Below, one piece after another: positions 25,935 to 40,900 of a DNA stretch of 64,000 nt (its first letter is position 1; every line of letters starts with the position of its first letter). This DNA is from Convolutriloba macropyga (Eukaryota): contig NC_134480.1 in NCBI RefSeq assembly GCF_964194025.1, forward strand, positions 37,014,001 to 37,078,000, given 5' to 3'. A program made the position numbers and the translations under genes. The notes beneath the pieces were generated by a model. The model made no database searches, was not told the origin of the DNA, and saw only the letters and a list, made by a program, of their open reading frames with translations.

Positions 25935-28900
25935 AAAGAAAGATGCATATTGGATACATATCTAGTTAAGTTAGCAAAAAACGGATAACATTTTATTTCA
26001 AGAAGATTCTTAAAGGAAGTGGAAACATAATTTGCCCTCTTTTTGAGGTCAATAAGATTGTGTTAGCAGTATATAGATCTCCAGTTTTGGCAAACTTAAA
26101 CAAAGTGGCATAAAAAGTATATTTGGCGTTATTTTTGATGAGAAATTCTGAAATTCGTTATATTTAGCAGAAAAACTAAGATCAAACCCTTCACCAACCC
26201 TAACCCTTCTCTATCTTTAGAGGTAAAACAAATCACACTATTGTTGACATTTATTGAACAATTTTTAGCAAATTTAACGAAAATTTTGGGCTAAATTAAG
26301 GAAAATGTGAACAAAAACAACGGAAATCGATCTACTATTCATAAAACTTTGAACCTCGATAAATCCCCCAAAACGCCGAGATTCAATAAAATCTTTTTAA
26401 TTATATATTTTTAGGCTTGACAGGCCTTTTAATGACACCATACAACTCTCTACTATGAATATATTGTCCTACAAAATTGATTGAACAAAGAAACCCATTT
26501 GAATATATAGTTCCTCCCTCCCACTAAAATCGAGTCGGAACAATCTGTTCAGTGCTTTTTGATGTGTTCAAATCTATCCAAGGGTTTTGTATAGGATTAG
26601 TTTTTGAGGTCTTTTAAAATGTGAGCCAACAATGAGATTTTGGAATTTCAGCACGTTGGTGATGTGCTGAATAATGATTATGATCAACACGTAAGTTCTA
26701 TATCAAAAATATGCAATAATCGACTGCAGCTCTTTTGTGTTGATTGTATTGTGTTGATTGCTCCCAGTCAACATAGAATGCTGTTTGAACTCAAAATGTC
26801 TGATCACTAATCGAAACTTTGTTTTCCTATTTTAGATGTGTTGCATTTTGATATGAGCTGATTGCACCATATTGTTTACTGTTTGTTAGTTTGTTTGTGT
26901 TTGTTAACTCAGTTTGACCTATAGCGCAGATGCAGTTCATGCAGTTAGGTTAATAATTATTTATAAAAGATCAAGATATACAAAATTCAGCTTACTTAGC
27001 AACTGGATTGTTTTTTTTTTGACAGGCGGCAGCTTTTCGAGCCAAAGTTGAAGCGAAAAGAGGAGTGGTAAGAATTTGAAAAACATCAATGCCCCAGTCC
27101 AAATCTGACATTTATCTTGCTAGATTTTTGCCTACAGTGGTTATCCTGAGAGATTTTTGGCTATGACGGTTATTTTGTAAGATCACCGCGGGGGCTTGGA
27201 CTAGGGTGAAACATCTTAGTTTAACTATCAAGGAATCTTGGCAAAACCATAACCAATTGATAATCAATTATCTTGACACTTCCATCAAATAAACAAAATG
27301 TAATCTTCACTACTAAGTACTACAAATCCCATCATTTTAGGTTCTCCATCTCTCTTGTCATCCTTAGAAGATATAGAACATAATAATATTCATTTTATGA
27401 AAACAAAACTAGCATACAAAAAAGGAGCCTTATGGTTTTCGACGACCACTTATGATACAAATTTCGCGGATCATAATTCCCTGAAGAAATGTTTGTTCAA
27501 GGTAGTTGTTCAAATAGAAAGATAATTTTAACTTCAGATATTTTTTGCTCAGTAAATTCAATAATTGAGATCATGTCTACTTTAGTTTCATATTTCACAA
27601 TTAAGAAGTGATCAATTAAAAATTGAGCTAAGCAAGAATTTGTATTCGAATTGGACCAATCATATCTGCTCATAAGAAAACCTGGTCGCCTGCTTGACCT
27701 TCGTTAAACATGTTCGGGAAGATATCCATCACCGTCGCGAAGAATCTACCGGGAAGAGGCCCCGGTGAAGAGGTCCATCACCGTCCAAAATAGTGCACAT
27801 ATGGCAATTAATAATTTGGCACCAATGTTGATGAGACGCCTGTTTTCATGTAGATTGCGGAAATCATAATCGAAACAGTGGACACAGTCCGCCAGAGGTA
27901 CTTCCTCCAGAAGATGCTGGAAAGTAAAATCCCCATGGGTTTCATCGGACCAACTGGAACTGGGAAGTCCGCCATCATAAACCACTTCCTCCTCTCCCTC
28001 CCAGAACATAAATACATTCTAAACACCATCAACTTCTCTGCACAGACTACTGCTAATGTAACACAGGAGATGGTCATGTCTCGTCTCGAAAAGTTAGTAG
28101 TTCTGCCAGAATGCCCTTGTTTAGGAGCTCGATTTGTGAAGAGACCGTGCTCTGTCGATTTATGAAAGATAGTCCGTGTTCTACTCAACTAGACTATTAG
28201 ACTATGAAATGAATTCAGCTGGACTGTAGCGAACAACTGGACTTTAGATTAACCCAAAATTTTTCAACTGAGCATATCGACCTAAAAACGATTTTCTAAC
28301 TTGCACATTTTATGATCAACCATGAGCAGAACTATTTTAGAGGGAGGGCGTACTCAATGCCGTTATGAATAATTCCTAAACACCGCTGAAAAACGTGGTT
28401 TATATTTTAATAAAATTTTTAAAAATAGTACTTTTTAAAAATTATTTTAGAAAGTGAAGCGATTCAAATTTCAACACATATTTTCTGATTCTTGAGATAT
28501 TATTTATTTCGGCTAGCCTCTTTATTTTATTTCGGTGAAAAATTACGGCAAAAAATCTCAGTTGTAACCATGGAACCTGAAAATTTCATATTTTCAAGTC
28601 TTTCGACAGTTTTACAGCCACTTTTAAATTAGATTGGCTTAGGTCAATGTTTTTAGCGTTACTCAGTCGCCACTTCAGTAATCACATAACATTATGGAAA
28701 GAGAATACTTTTCAGAATCGCAAAAAAGATTTCAAAAAGATTTTTTTCCTTGACCCATTAAAACACGATACTTGTACAATAAATCGTCTTAGATAGACTT
28801 TTATGTTGTTATTGGACTCATATTGGACCAAGTTTGACCTCAAAATCCTATGAAAAAGTTTTTGGCCAAATCATGAAAAGACTTTTACTCGCTTGTTATT

Positions 28901-31900
28901 TTTCCTGACCTGTAACTATAGTCAGAAAAGACTTCCAACTAGAATTTGTTTATCTTTTCATAAACTCAAGTCAACACTTGAAAACCATGACAACTTCTTG
29001 ACTGAATTTTTTTATGACTCAAAGTCTCCATGACTCTATTTCTTCTTGTAAAATCAAACAAAGTATACTGTTTTCAATAAGGTTTGAGTGACTCTTACTG
29101 TTCTAGAATTTTGATTAAAACCAAAGTGGACATCAAATTAGTGTCGCTTAAGCTGCAAAAGATAACATTCATTATTTTAAATTAAGGTGAAACACAAAGA
29201 AGCCGACTATATCTCGCTTATTAATTTCATTAGATTAAGTGTCTATGACAGCAATCAAAATTTAGAAAATAAGTTTGCATTTTTTTAAATAAAAGATGAA
29301 GTTTTCTTGTTTATGGAAAAATGTTTTACCTCAAATTATTTCGTTTTTTGGACATTTTTAAGATTCATGTCTCTTTTTTATGTATTTTTTTGCAATACCT
29401 GCCTTTTCACAGCAGTTTTACTGCTTCGTTATCAAGTTCCTTCCAAGATGTTGATGTTTCAAATCAAGTATCATGTTGCTCGTTTATAGAAAGATTGGAT
29501 TTTTTCCGTCTATCTTTCCCCCAGTACGTTTTGCTCCCCCCAGTGTACAGAGCACGTGTCATTATGTAAAAATATGGAGCGTGCGTCTGTGGGGTGCAAA
29601 TAATATGCGCCCACTAAGGTGGAGGGGGCACAAACGGAAAAGATCCGAGAGTTTCAATTAGGCTCACTTTGGTTTCTTGCAGTTGATGAAATACAGAATG
29701 TGTATTCACCATCAGTCACAGACTGAGAAGATTTTGTTCTCTTTTATATAGCGCCGGCACGCTAGCTCAATTTCTTTTAGAACCCCAGTGATCAAACAAT
29801 TCTAATTTTTAAAAAAATGTTACTAAAATTGTACACGTGGTGTTAAAGGTAATACAATACACTTCGATTTTGTCAGTAACTCCACTCTGACTGCAGACCA
29901 GGAACCCTGCCAAAATTTTCCAATATGAATCTAAAATGTTTGAATGTGTAGAATAGATCCATAAAATCTACAATTTTTGTCCAGAAGTCCAACGCTGAAA
30001 ATAATGACTCAGGATGATTCAGATTGTTGATTACTTTTTTGCTCAGGAAAGCGAGAGGTATGTATGCACCCGCAGAGGGAAAAAGGATGTTGTTGTTCGT
30101 GGATGACCTAAACATGCCTACAAAGGAGAGATTTGGAGCAATGCCACCTATCGAACTCCTCAGACAACTTATCGATCACAAGTTCTGGTTTGAAAAGTAA
30201 GTGAACATCTTTTACATTTCAAATTTAAAGCATTTATGCATTTATATCTTTTCGTTTAAATCTGTTTTTAATAGCCGCACAGCGATAGCTGGGGCTATTA
30301 TTGGCCTTCTCTTGGTTTTTTTTAAAATTTAAAGAATTTGAATTGTATTTGGGCGCTGTCTTTTTACGACTCGAAAAATTGATGTGTGAAAAAATTTTCT
30401 CTAAGCGAGCGAATTTTTTTTGTTCACGTGCGGCTTTTAAAAGCAGTTTTTTGCATGCGGCTTTTAAAAGCAGTTTTTGCAACTTTTGATGGTTATGAGG
30501 TTTCATTATGATATTGTATTAGTTTTAGGCTTGTTCTGGTAGGAATTGAAGGTTTCAAGTAGTAAAATTGAGTTTAATGCTAATTTGGAGATTTTTGATT
30601 AGTTTTGCTGATTTTTAGACGAAATTAAATGTTTTTTTCTTTTGTTTTAATGCTTTAAGTGGGATTTGGATAGAAGCATTTTACTTAAGAAATATTCAGA
30701 TACCAGTTGACTAAAGTTTTCCGTGTATAACTCATTTTTTTCTTAGGAAAATTGACAGAAAAATTGAGAAATTTTAAAACCATTTTCCTTATTCTTTTTT
30801 TGATGTGTTCTTTTTTTAAATCTTAGACAAGTTTCTTAGCCTATTATGATTTGCCTATTGTTTTGCGAGCTTTTCATTGCTCTTATTGCAAAAGAACTTT
30901 ATTCGGCTTTATGTTTCCTCAAACTATAAAAAAAACTCAAGTTAAAAAAAACTTAAGTTTTTATAGTTTTTTTTGTTCAATTTGTTTTTGAATGCCGTTT
31001 CTATTCTTCCTTAACTTTTATGGCATTTGTGGAGCGTCCGGGTTCACAATAGTTGTTCAGTTGTTTAGTCATAAGGATGGGCAATTTTCTCCTTCGAGTC
31101 GTTTCCGGAATTTTTCTTAAGATCTGTTCACACATTTTCATGATTTTTGAAGTCAAATTGGAGTAGTGATTTTGGTCACGCCGAAACAGCAAGTGGAGCG
31201 AAAAAGCGAGTGGTTTTGCGTGGTGAATTTTTTCGCTCTAATTTTAAAGTAGAGTGAGATAACGGTGTTTGAACAAAAATTCGCTTTCTCGCTAGTGGTT
31301 TTTTGTTCACATGCGGAAATTTCACTTAGTAGTTCATTCATAGTTCATTCAAGGTCTATTTTTGTTTAGTCAAAGAAAATTCTTTGAATTGTACTTCAGG
31401 ACTTGTCCTGCTATGTTTTTTTGTTTCGTCATCGGGATTTTTGTTACGACCATATGACGTCACAACCACTTCAAATCTGCTTTTTGTTCATTCGTTCATG
31501 CAATTTCAACTGATGCGCGTGTGTGACGTCATTTTTTGATTATAGTGGAGCGAGTTTTTTTTGCTCATTTGCGTGATTGAATTTTTGGTCACACTTGACT
31601 TACCTCTCTCTCAAAAATGACTTCCTCACTTTGAAATTGATTTTATTTACATTGTTTCAAAGAGATAAGGTTTTGATTTAGAAGTCCGACCGGCTTCAAA
31701 AAATAGTGCTTATAACTTACCGAAAACCTTTTAGACTTTTGATTATGTTGTCTACCCAGTGAAACCGACTCATTTATACCAATTTTGTTAAATTCTTTCA
31801 TTAAATCTTTGCATTCTATGACATCATTTCGAGAACCTAGCGTTAATTAGCCTCCGAGTTGAGTCAGCTGGAATAAAATCTTGTACAACAAAGCTACAGC

Positions 31901-34900
31901 AAAACTAAGTTTTTCTTTTTTTTTCTCTAAGAAATGATTTTCGTAAAATTTTTCAACTATTGCAAAGGCTTTCTTTAATTTATTGTTTTTTTCAAATTTT
32001 GGTATGAAACGAGCTAATGACAAATTTCAGGATACATGATGCAACAATCTTCCAACAAGAAGGCATTTTTGGGCATATAAACGCTTTCCAAATTTCCCCA
32101 TTTTCGAAGCCAGAAGGACCAACATGTTTCCGAACCTTCCAGAGTTATTGGTCAAACAATAGCAGTTGTGAAACTCTCCCAACTTTTCCCAAGTCATTTT
32201 GTTCACAAATATCTTAAAACTGAACGGTCGTGGACCAATTTTTTTCTCACTATGATTGAATCTTTTAACTATTTTCCTGAAGAAAAAACAGGAGATTACC
32301 GCGTACCTATATAGGCAAAAAGAACAGCAGATTGACCATTTTTGCAAGTTTGGCCCCGCAAAAATAAGTTAGCTCCATTTTCATGAAAAGCTGATCATAC
32401 CAGCAATTAATTGGAATTAAGTGGTGCGCAAACTTCTATATCGTTTTTGAAACCATATAATTTATTTAGGCTTTCAACATCAACCAGCCCTAAGATTTTT
32501 GACAACATTGCCCACAGGAATCAGTACTTTTGTCCCGAAGCTCTAAAAAGCTGGGTTTTCTGCAATCTTCAATTATTCTACTATCAATTCTTAAGTTTCA
32601 TTTACCGATGCTATAAGATTTAAACTCCTTTTTTGTGGTGAGCTTTAACAATATTTATAGGAAAAGACTATCAAAAAATAGTAATATAGCAAGACGTATA
32701 GTTTTAGTATTTTCCTAAAAATTTTTTTTCAATGACATTTCAATCCTACTATTTCTTACAAAAGAGTAAACCAAAGGGCATTTTCGACTAATCAACCACG
32801 CTTATGCATGGATTGCAATATTTTGGTCAATTTGTGGATTAGGAACAAATTGTGGCGGTAACACTCACTATATTCTTATGCGTTTCACGCTCTGTTTTCC
32901 GCCAAATTGTTTGAAGTTATTTTCTTTGTCAATTATATCACGAAACTCAACGGTAGGGAATCAACTTTCCTGCTTGGAAATATACGTCTGTCACTGACAT
33001 GACTTCTTTTTGTCGAAAACGAACGGAAGTGGCTTTCGGCAAAGAACCTCAAAACACTCAAAACATCCAAAACAGTCGCAATCAAAGGAAACTAATATAT
33101 AAATTCGAAATCAAAATACCAAACAACATTTTTATAAGCTCATTCAAAAGATAACCCCAACCCAAATTAAGTCGTTTTGATAACAAATTCAAAAATACAT
33201 ATATAGAGAAACAAGGCTGGCAACATATTGGTGTTGATTTTATTAGTGAATTAATTATTATTAAAAAACTGCATTGTCAAAATTATTTGAAATTTTATCA
33301 AGCCTGCCAAAAACAATTTAAGCGAAAATTAAATTGTGATTTTTTGTTGTTCTCAAAATAAATCTGAAGATTTAAATATTTTTACGATGACAAAATAAAA
33401 GTAAACCGTTTTCTCTTTGTGTCTGCTTAATTGTATAATCTGATGTACTCACTGCTCAAAAATTGCTTATAACGTTTGTTAGGGAAGAATTCGAACACCC
33501 AAAATTTTATGCTTTTTGCTAAAAAATGTTTACAATTTTCTCTTAGGATTTTCCTAGCCATTTTTTTATTCTGGGTACGCAACTATTGATTTTTTGCAAC
33601 AGTTCCAAAAATCGCCGTTTGCGACGTAAAACCAATGCTGATGTGATTTTTCAAACTTGATTTAATTCTTTATTATTCTTTCTTTTAAGAATTGTTTCCA
33701 TTGGATATCAGAGGTGCTGATTCCTTGGCAATTATGAGATATCTGGTTTTAAAAGTTTTATAGCTCTAGATAGGGCTAAAATTTACAACATTCAACTGAT
33801 CAACCTTCAGCGGCCCGTTCTGGGTTCATCTGGAAATGTTTTTTGTTTTTGCCTTATTAGACCAAGAAAGTACAACTTGAGAAAGACAAGTGCTGGCCTT
33901 GTCAAGTTCACTCGCAGACTTAGCAGACCAGGAACTGCTGCAATGGGATTAATGTAATCTATATGTAATCAAAGCAACCCAACCCAAAACTAACCCTTGA
34001 ACATGCCCTCTTTTCCCCGATTTTTAGTGGAATATTTTCATTTTGTGTTGTACTTTCAAAGTCGGGAACCTTGACATCATATCACACAGTCATGCTGGCA
34101 TTCTCCGTACGCTATTGTTGTTTTTTTGTTTATAGTTATTTGTTTATGATTACTAGCCCATCTATCGCCATCAGGTAAATCATAAAGTACTCCCCTTAAT
34201 TAAATGCTGCTCAGATCTCCCTAAAACTCCCTAATTGCTACAATTTTTAACGAACTAAAGAAGAAACCAAAATTCCCGAATTGCTATTTTATGTCAAATA
34301 CTTTTTTAAAAAAATTTGTTAATTCTATTTATTATATTACGTCTGCAAGTTAGTGTTTAGAGTGTTACGCTTAGAAATTATTCAATTGGTCATTTTGGTT
34401 TCTACTTAGCCCGCCTTTTAAAATTCCTGGTCGTTGCATAAGCTAGCCCCGGTAACCATTGCTGTCAAGTGTTATAAAGGAACATAACTTGGGCGACAGG
34501 CTGCACGATTAAATACACAACACTTGACAATAAAGGATTCTATTTCGGGCAAATAAAGTTATTTGACTAATTACCCCCCCCCCCCCCCCGCTTATATACA
34601 GGTCTGTATACATAAGTTATTAATTGTAATTCGGGCCATTCGGTATCATAAAGGTCACAGATGGAGGGTGGGGCGGGGGGGGGGGGGGTAGGGCATAAAC
34701 TTCCCGCCGGCCGAAATTAACGAAGTCCAAATAGTTTGATATGGTTCTTAAAACTATTTAAAATTGAACAAAACTTGTGCGTTGCATGCAGCAGCTACTT
34801 GCATTATTACACTATTGCAATTTACGAACATGCTCACAGTAAAGTAAATATTTCAAATGAAAATGTTCTGTCATGTCCCTTTTTCTGATAGGAAAGAGAC

Positions 34901-37900
34901 GAACAAGATCTTCATTGACGGTGTCCACTTGTTCGCGGCTCTCGGTCTGCCTGGAGGTGGGAGGAACGAAGTCTCCCAACGTCTCATGAGACATATCCAG
35001 ACATTTGCTCTGGATGACTTCACGGAAGACACCATCAAGACCATCTTTGGACCCCTTCTCGAGTGGCACTTCAATATCGGATTCGAGAATGTCCTCCGAC
35101 GGTTTGCCAGGGTTCGTCCAGGACCACTGATATTACCATTGTTTTCGTTCTTTTAAAAAAAATCGCGTGACCGTATAGTTAGTCCCATAAAGTTGTAGCG
35201 CTACCAAAAGTTTCAGACGTCTTCAAACTTAAAACAATCAGATATCTGCGTAAATGGTGTTCATTTGGATGTCCGAAATTTTTCGAACGTTCGCTTGCGT
35301 CGCAACTTTTTGGGAGTAACTATGTACAGGCTGTTCTCCCAATCGATTGTGACGAGGAAAGCTTTACATCGCCCAGTTCATTTTAGCGGTTCCAAATCTG
35401 TCTGGATATTATATTGTTGTAATTCGCTTTTGTAACAGTATATCCGCTATTTCTTTACCGTTGCATTAGCAATTCAGTTTCTGACCATTTGGTAATTTTA
35501 ATTGATGTGATTTTTTCCCAAATCAATGTGAACTGGGCTGTCTACAGATCACACAATATGGAATCGTTTATGTATACTAGTTTAATCCTATAGGAACAAA
35601 TTGAGGACAAGGATGTTTGTGTGAGACATATTATTCAACAATATTTAAACTTAAACCTAATTTACTGCTCTTTTTTCGAGTTACTTTGTCGCTAAATAAT
35701 CTAAAGCAACAATTAATTTACTACTCGAGAATAATTTTTAATACAAGACATAGTAACAATTTACAGCGCAAGAATATTTAAAACGCAAGACACAGTAACA
35801 CTTTTTTAATACTCAACACTGCTTCCGACCAGTTGCTCCCACTCTGTTCCGAATTCAGCTGCTGCAGGTGGGTTGAACTTCCATCTGATTCTTTGTAGAA
35901 CTAAATGTTCTTCAATTCTTTCTTAGTTCCTCGCTGCTATATACTCTTTGAGCTCTGTCTGCTCTGATGAGTTTTGTCCCATTGTCGATGATATCTTTTC
36001 AGCTCGCATTTTCAATCAATAAACCGCGTCATGGCGTTCAATCAGCTGTCAGTTGTGGAGGTTGGAACTCTCATATGTATGGCGTGCATTGCTAGACAAC
36101 TGAACAAATAACATCGTCGTTTTTTCGTTCTGCGCCGAATTTCGCAGTTGAGGGACCAAAGTAGTCTACTCCAACTATTGCAGAAGCTGTTGAAGCAACA
36201 AATGTTTCTGTAGCTAGCTCAGCCATCACTGGACCCATAAATTGTCTTTTGCCTCTTTGACACGTAATTCTTTTGGTTTTCTTTGAACTCAATGCATTTT
36301 TTACGCCAATTATACAGAATTGCTGCTGAACAAAATTTTTCAAAAGATTAGTCTCCTCACAATAACCGTTATGCAACAATTATTGTGATCGTTATGCAAT
36401 ACTTGTGCTCGTTATGCAGTAATGATTCGATATTAGGACTTTTTAATGTATCAATATTGTGTGCTCTACCTTGAAGTCCAATTTACTTTGTATACTATGC
36501 CTTTGGCACGAATAACTTTTCTTTCCTCAATAAATGATAAAAGAAATAAAAGTTTTCTGCTTTTTAGAATTTCTTTTCAGCTTTGAGAGATTTTCTTCAG
36601 CAATCTGTTCTTCATGCAATTGCTTTAGAAAAACTCGTCTTTGCATTCTCCTTGTTTAAATGCCATACACTCTTTTTGCCGGTCTCGCTTATTACCAACG
36701 CTTGCCGCATATATTTCATTGTTTTTACTAGGCGATCGAAATTGTCAAACCGTTCTCTTTGAACAATCGGTTTGTTTACTTTAGCCTGCGTTCTGACGAA
36801 TGATATTGGCGGATTATTTTCTTCAAAAGCAAAGGCTGGGTTGAATTGCTGAGGCCACTCAATTTCTTGTTACCTTAATCAGGCCGGCCCACTAAGCCAC
36901 TCGCTACCCTTGAAATCCGAAAGATTAAACGCTCTGGGGCCAATCTACGCTGGGTTTTGTAACACCGCTCATAGGTTATATTTGTGAAAAATCCGTTAAA
37001 TCCATTATCTCATCTACACGGTTACCGGAAATTTGGCTTTTCCGGTGAGAGCGATGTGTCCATTGCAGTACTGTAGTTGAGTCTGACCAGAAACAGCAAC
37101 TATCTATCTTAGTTTTGTGTTCTTTGACAAACCGCTTCTATTTTTTACTTTCAAGACCTCCGCTTGCAATTCTAAGCATGATATTGAAAGATGGGTCATC
37201 GGTGCCACTCTGCATTTTTCAATTACAAATTCTAAGTTGACCGAGAATTCCTTTGCTTGAGAAGGTATTTTAGCGCCTGCGCACAATGAGTGTTCATATG
37301 CGTCTGCAAAGATGAGGTTCAACTTTGTCGTTCGCTGTAGTGGAGTATATACTTTTGACGCTAGTTTCTGCTACAAAAGGAAGTTGTCCTTTCGACATGA
37401 AGACTTTTGCTTTTGTACCGGGTTCTACTTTGCTGACCCTATGTTGTCTGTGTTTAGTCGAATTGTTCTGGTGCAGAAACCGGCTCATGTAAATAATGAA
37501 TGGAGAAACTGATCAAATTGCGTCAAAAACTGAGAAACGATGTTCTTTTGGGTTATGAGAGTCTCAACGTCTGTGGTTTTTCCTCTGCTCACCTGAAGAC
37601 TGTCATCAATAACAATTCATTGCAACTCAAGTAGAGGTAATCCATCTGTATTTGGCTTGCCTTCAACCCGCTCGATTTTGAAGATTTATTGCATTATTAT
37701 CTTCCGGTATTGCTTTATATCTGTTGCTCCTGCATTATCTAAGCTCAATTTCATGTTTTGAGAGAAGTTGTTTTGGCTGGTTGAACACCTCGGTAGCTTC
37801 TCCTAGTATTTCTACAGATTTGATCTAATTCTCCGTGTAGAAGGGTTGTGAATCGCTTCTGCTGCAATAGAAAATTGTTCCTCATCATGGATGCTGACTT

Positions 37901-40900
37901 TCTGGGGGTGTTGTTTGCACCCATTTGTGACAATCGCGGTTTGTATTTTGTTTTTCAGGCACAATATTTTATTTTTTGATGCTGCGTTGCAAAAGAGGTG
38001 AACTTGGCTGGACTTGTTCTGTTTTACCATTGGATTGTTGGATTTTGTTCCAAATTCCATTCTTTCGGATGCTACTTGTGAAGACTGACACGTTCAATAT
38101 CTTCACGAATTTTTTTGCAACGTCTGTACCTTATGAGTTTTGATACAATTTTCGAGGTTTGGATCCCCTGCGGAATCTAAGCTCCAATGACTAACGCTAA
38201 ACTTTGTCCTGCTGTCCATCATGTTTTGTGCTTGGACTAACGGAAGACGATGTTTTGGGAGCTTTGTCCTTGTAAACAACGTAGAACCATCATTTCTATT
38301 GAGAACCTATGATAGCCTTTTAAAGGACTTATGCAATGTTGAACTTGAAGGCAGATCAGCAGTTTGTTTCTGCTCTTTCAGAACGTTAATAAAGTAGATA
38401 CAAAAACAAAAAAAGAATCAAGCTCGCTAAGTGAGGATTGAGTTTTCACTTGATTTGGCTTTGGAAGACTCCCAAGCTGCGGCTCTATAAAAAATGCGCT
38501 CGTTAAAATTTTAGTATTCTAAAATGCTCCTGTCAGCAGGATAAAATTGTTCAGAATGTTCCATCCCTGAGGTTGCAGACAGATTTTGTTTGGCCTGCTA
38601 GCAGCGTCTTCAGATGACTTTTATTCTCTGTATCTAGATAATGCTTATATCCACTGTTTTAAAAATCACGCTTCTTCAATATCAATTTCGGTAAACTGCT
38701 GGTGCTTGGCTCTTCAATGTTGAAACCAATTCAAACTTTGCGAACAGGAACTCGGTCTTCAATGCATGATGAACGACGGCAATTATTAAGATACCTTGAA
38801 AATGGACTATGCTTATTTCGTTCAGAGTTTATGTCAAAACGGCTTTCGTATGGAATGGGTGTTAGTTTCTCTCTCATTGTTTTAACCCACTACCAGATGT
38901 CTTTTATCCCACTGTTTTAACCCACTGCTATTCTTTGAAATCCATTTGAATTTCAACTTGTCACGGGTTTTGTGATGACTGAGAACGCACAACAGTTTTC
39001 TTTAGTGCTACTTTTTTGCGACTGTCGTTCTAGTTCTGGTTCTTTTCTCCTAGGCTGATGCTGGATATCGAATGTTTTATCTGCATTTCCAGTTCCAGTT
39101 TTTTAGTCAAATTGTGCTCTTTTGAGTTGCAAATCTTTTTCAATTTTGATTTCAATTTCTTCCTTTCTTCAGCCCTGAGCTGAAGATGTGTGACAGTATT
39201 CACTGTCAAATGGTCTGTGTTATCACTGGATTTGATATCAATTCCAACTGAGAGTCAAAGGTTTTGATCAGTTGGTTGCTGTGAAATATTTCTGCGGGCA
39301 TTTCCGCTTCCGTGGCCTCAGCTGTTGGTTTAACTGATTTGACTTGCTTTCTGACCGTGGATATATTGTGACCAGTCGGTGGGTGAAACTATTTTTTTTG
39401 TTCTGTGTGGTACAAATTTAAACCAGTACGATTATCAGGCTGTTGTTGGAATCGGTTTACCGTCTGTTTCCTGAATTTTCTTGTAGATTGTTTTGAGTTT
39501 TCTGGGCCGATTATTGTTTTGAAATATACGGACACATATGGGTTTTTTTATTCGAAGCGGCTCTGAGCAATTCGTAATATGCTTAGTCAGATTCCCGAGA
39601 TTCCGTTATTGAGAGATCTTGCTCCGTAGTATAGGCAGCAGTGTGATTCTTTAATGATAGTTTCGTGTGAAAAAAAATAGCTTTGTATTTTCCTCAAGAA
39701 ATTGGACAGCATTTTACTACTTTCCGGGTCGGTGGACCCAATTTAACGGCTGCTCGAAATGTTTCTTGTTGAAAAAGAAAAGTTTTCACTGAACAATTTG
39801 TTTTAGCGATTCCAAATCTGTCCGGATAATATGTTTGGGCATAACTCTTTTGTCATTGTATTTTTTTTCGCCTTTTCATAAAAAATTAAGTTGATAACTA
39901 ATTGCTAATCTTAAAATTTTAATTTTAATATAGACTGGGTTTGCTACACATCAGACAATATGGGATCTTTTTGTGTATAATAATTTAATCCGATAGGGAA
40001 CAAATTGAAGAGAGGGATATTTGTGTGAGACATAGTTTACTGCTCTTTTCTTGAGTTCTTTTTTGCTAATTATATTTGAGCAATAAAGAATTTAGTGCTC
40101 CAATATAATTTTTAATATAAGACAAAATAATAACTTACTGCGCAAGAATATTTAAAAGCCAAGATACACTATCACGTTATTTAATGCTGAAGTCAGTTTG
40201 TTTTTGGAATAGTTTTGCTGAATTATAGGAGGACGTTGCCGTTGACTTCTCTGCTCTGTTTCTATTTTATTCCATTTTCTTCTTCTTAGCACGTGACTCT
40301 AACAGTAAATGTAACTATAACTGTTACTATGACGTACATAACTATCTCAACGGAAAGTGTACATAAAGAAACAACAAAAACAAAAGAGTTCTCCGATCTC
40401 AATTTTTATTGTGATATTTTTTCCCCTCCTGCGCAAGCTGTGCTAGCTTAGTTTCAACAAAATTTATCAGTTAGGGTAAAACGGTAAGCTATTGGTTAGT
40501 TCATGTATAGTTAGGTGTTGTTTAGGCAGAGAGGCCTTAAATTTTAAGGTAAAGTAGAGTTAAAAGTTAGACTAAATTGCGGTCAGTTAAGAAAGTAAGA
40601 AAGATCAGATTTGTCTTCACCACTGAGGTTAGTTACGGCTTTTTTTAAATTAAATCTACTTGAGTAAAGTTAAGTGTACATGAGAATTCTACTAAAAACC
40701 TAAACCACGTTTTAGGATATAGTTTAAGTTTTAGATCCTGATTTTGATCTTTCAGAAACCTGGAAGAAAAATAATATTTGATACGAAAAAACGTCTCATG
40801 AATTCAACTTAGTGTTTCTGAGGCCTTAACTGGAAAAATTGATATAATACTAATTGAGATTATGCTGTTCATCTATTTTGCAGCTGTTCGTGTTTGCTTC

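Noticed and set aside
27746-28188. Antisense ORFs over exon 7 (and similar ones over other exons)
   Set aside because: Shadow ORFs of the dynein coding strand.
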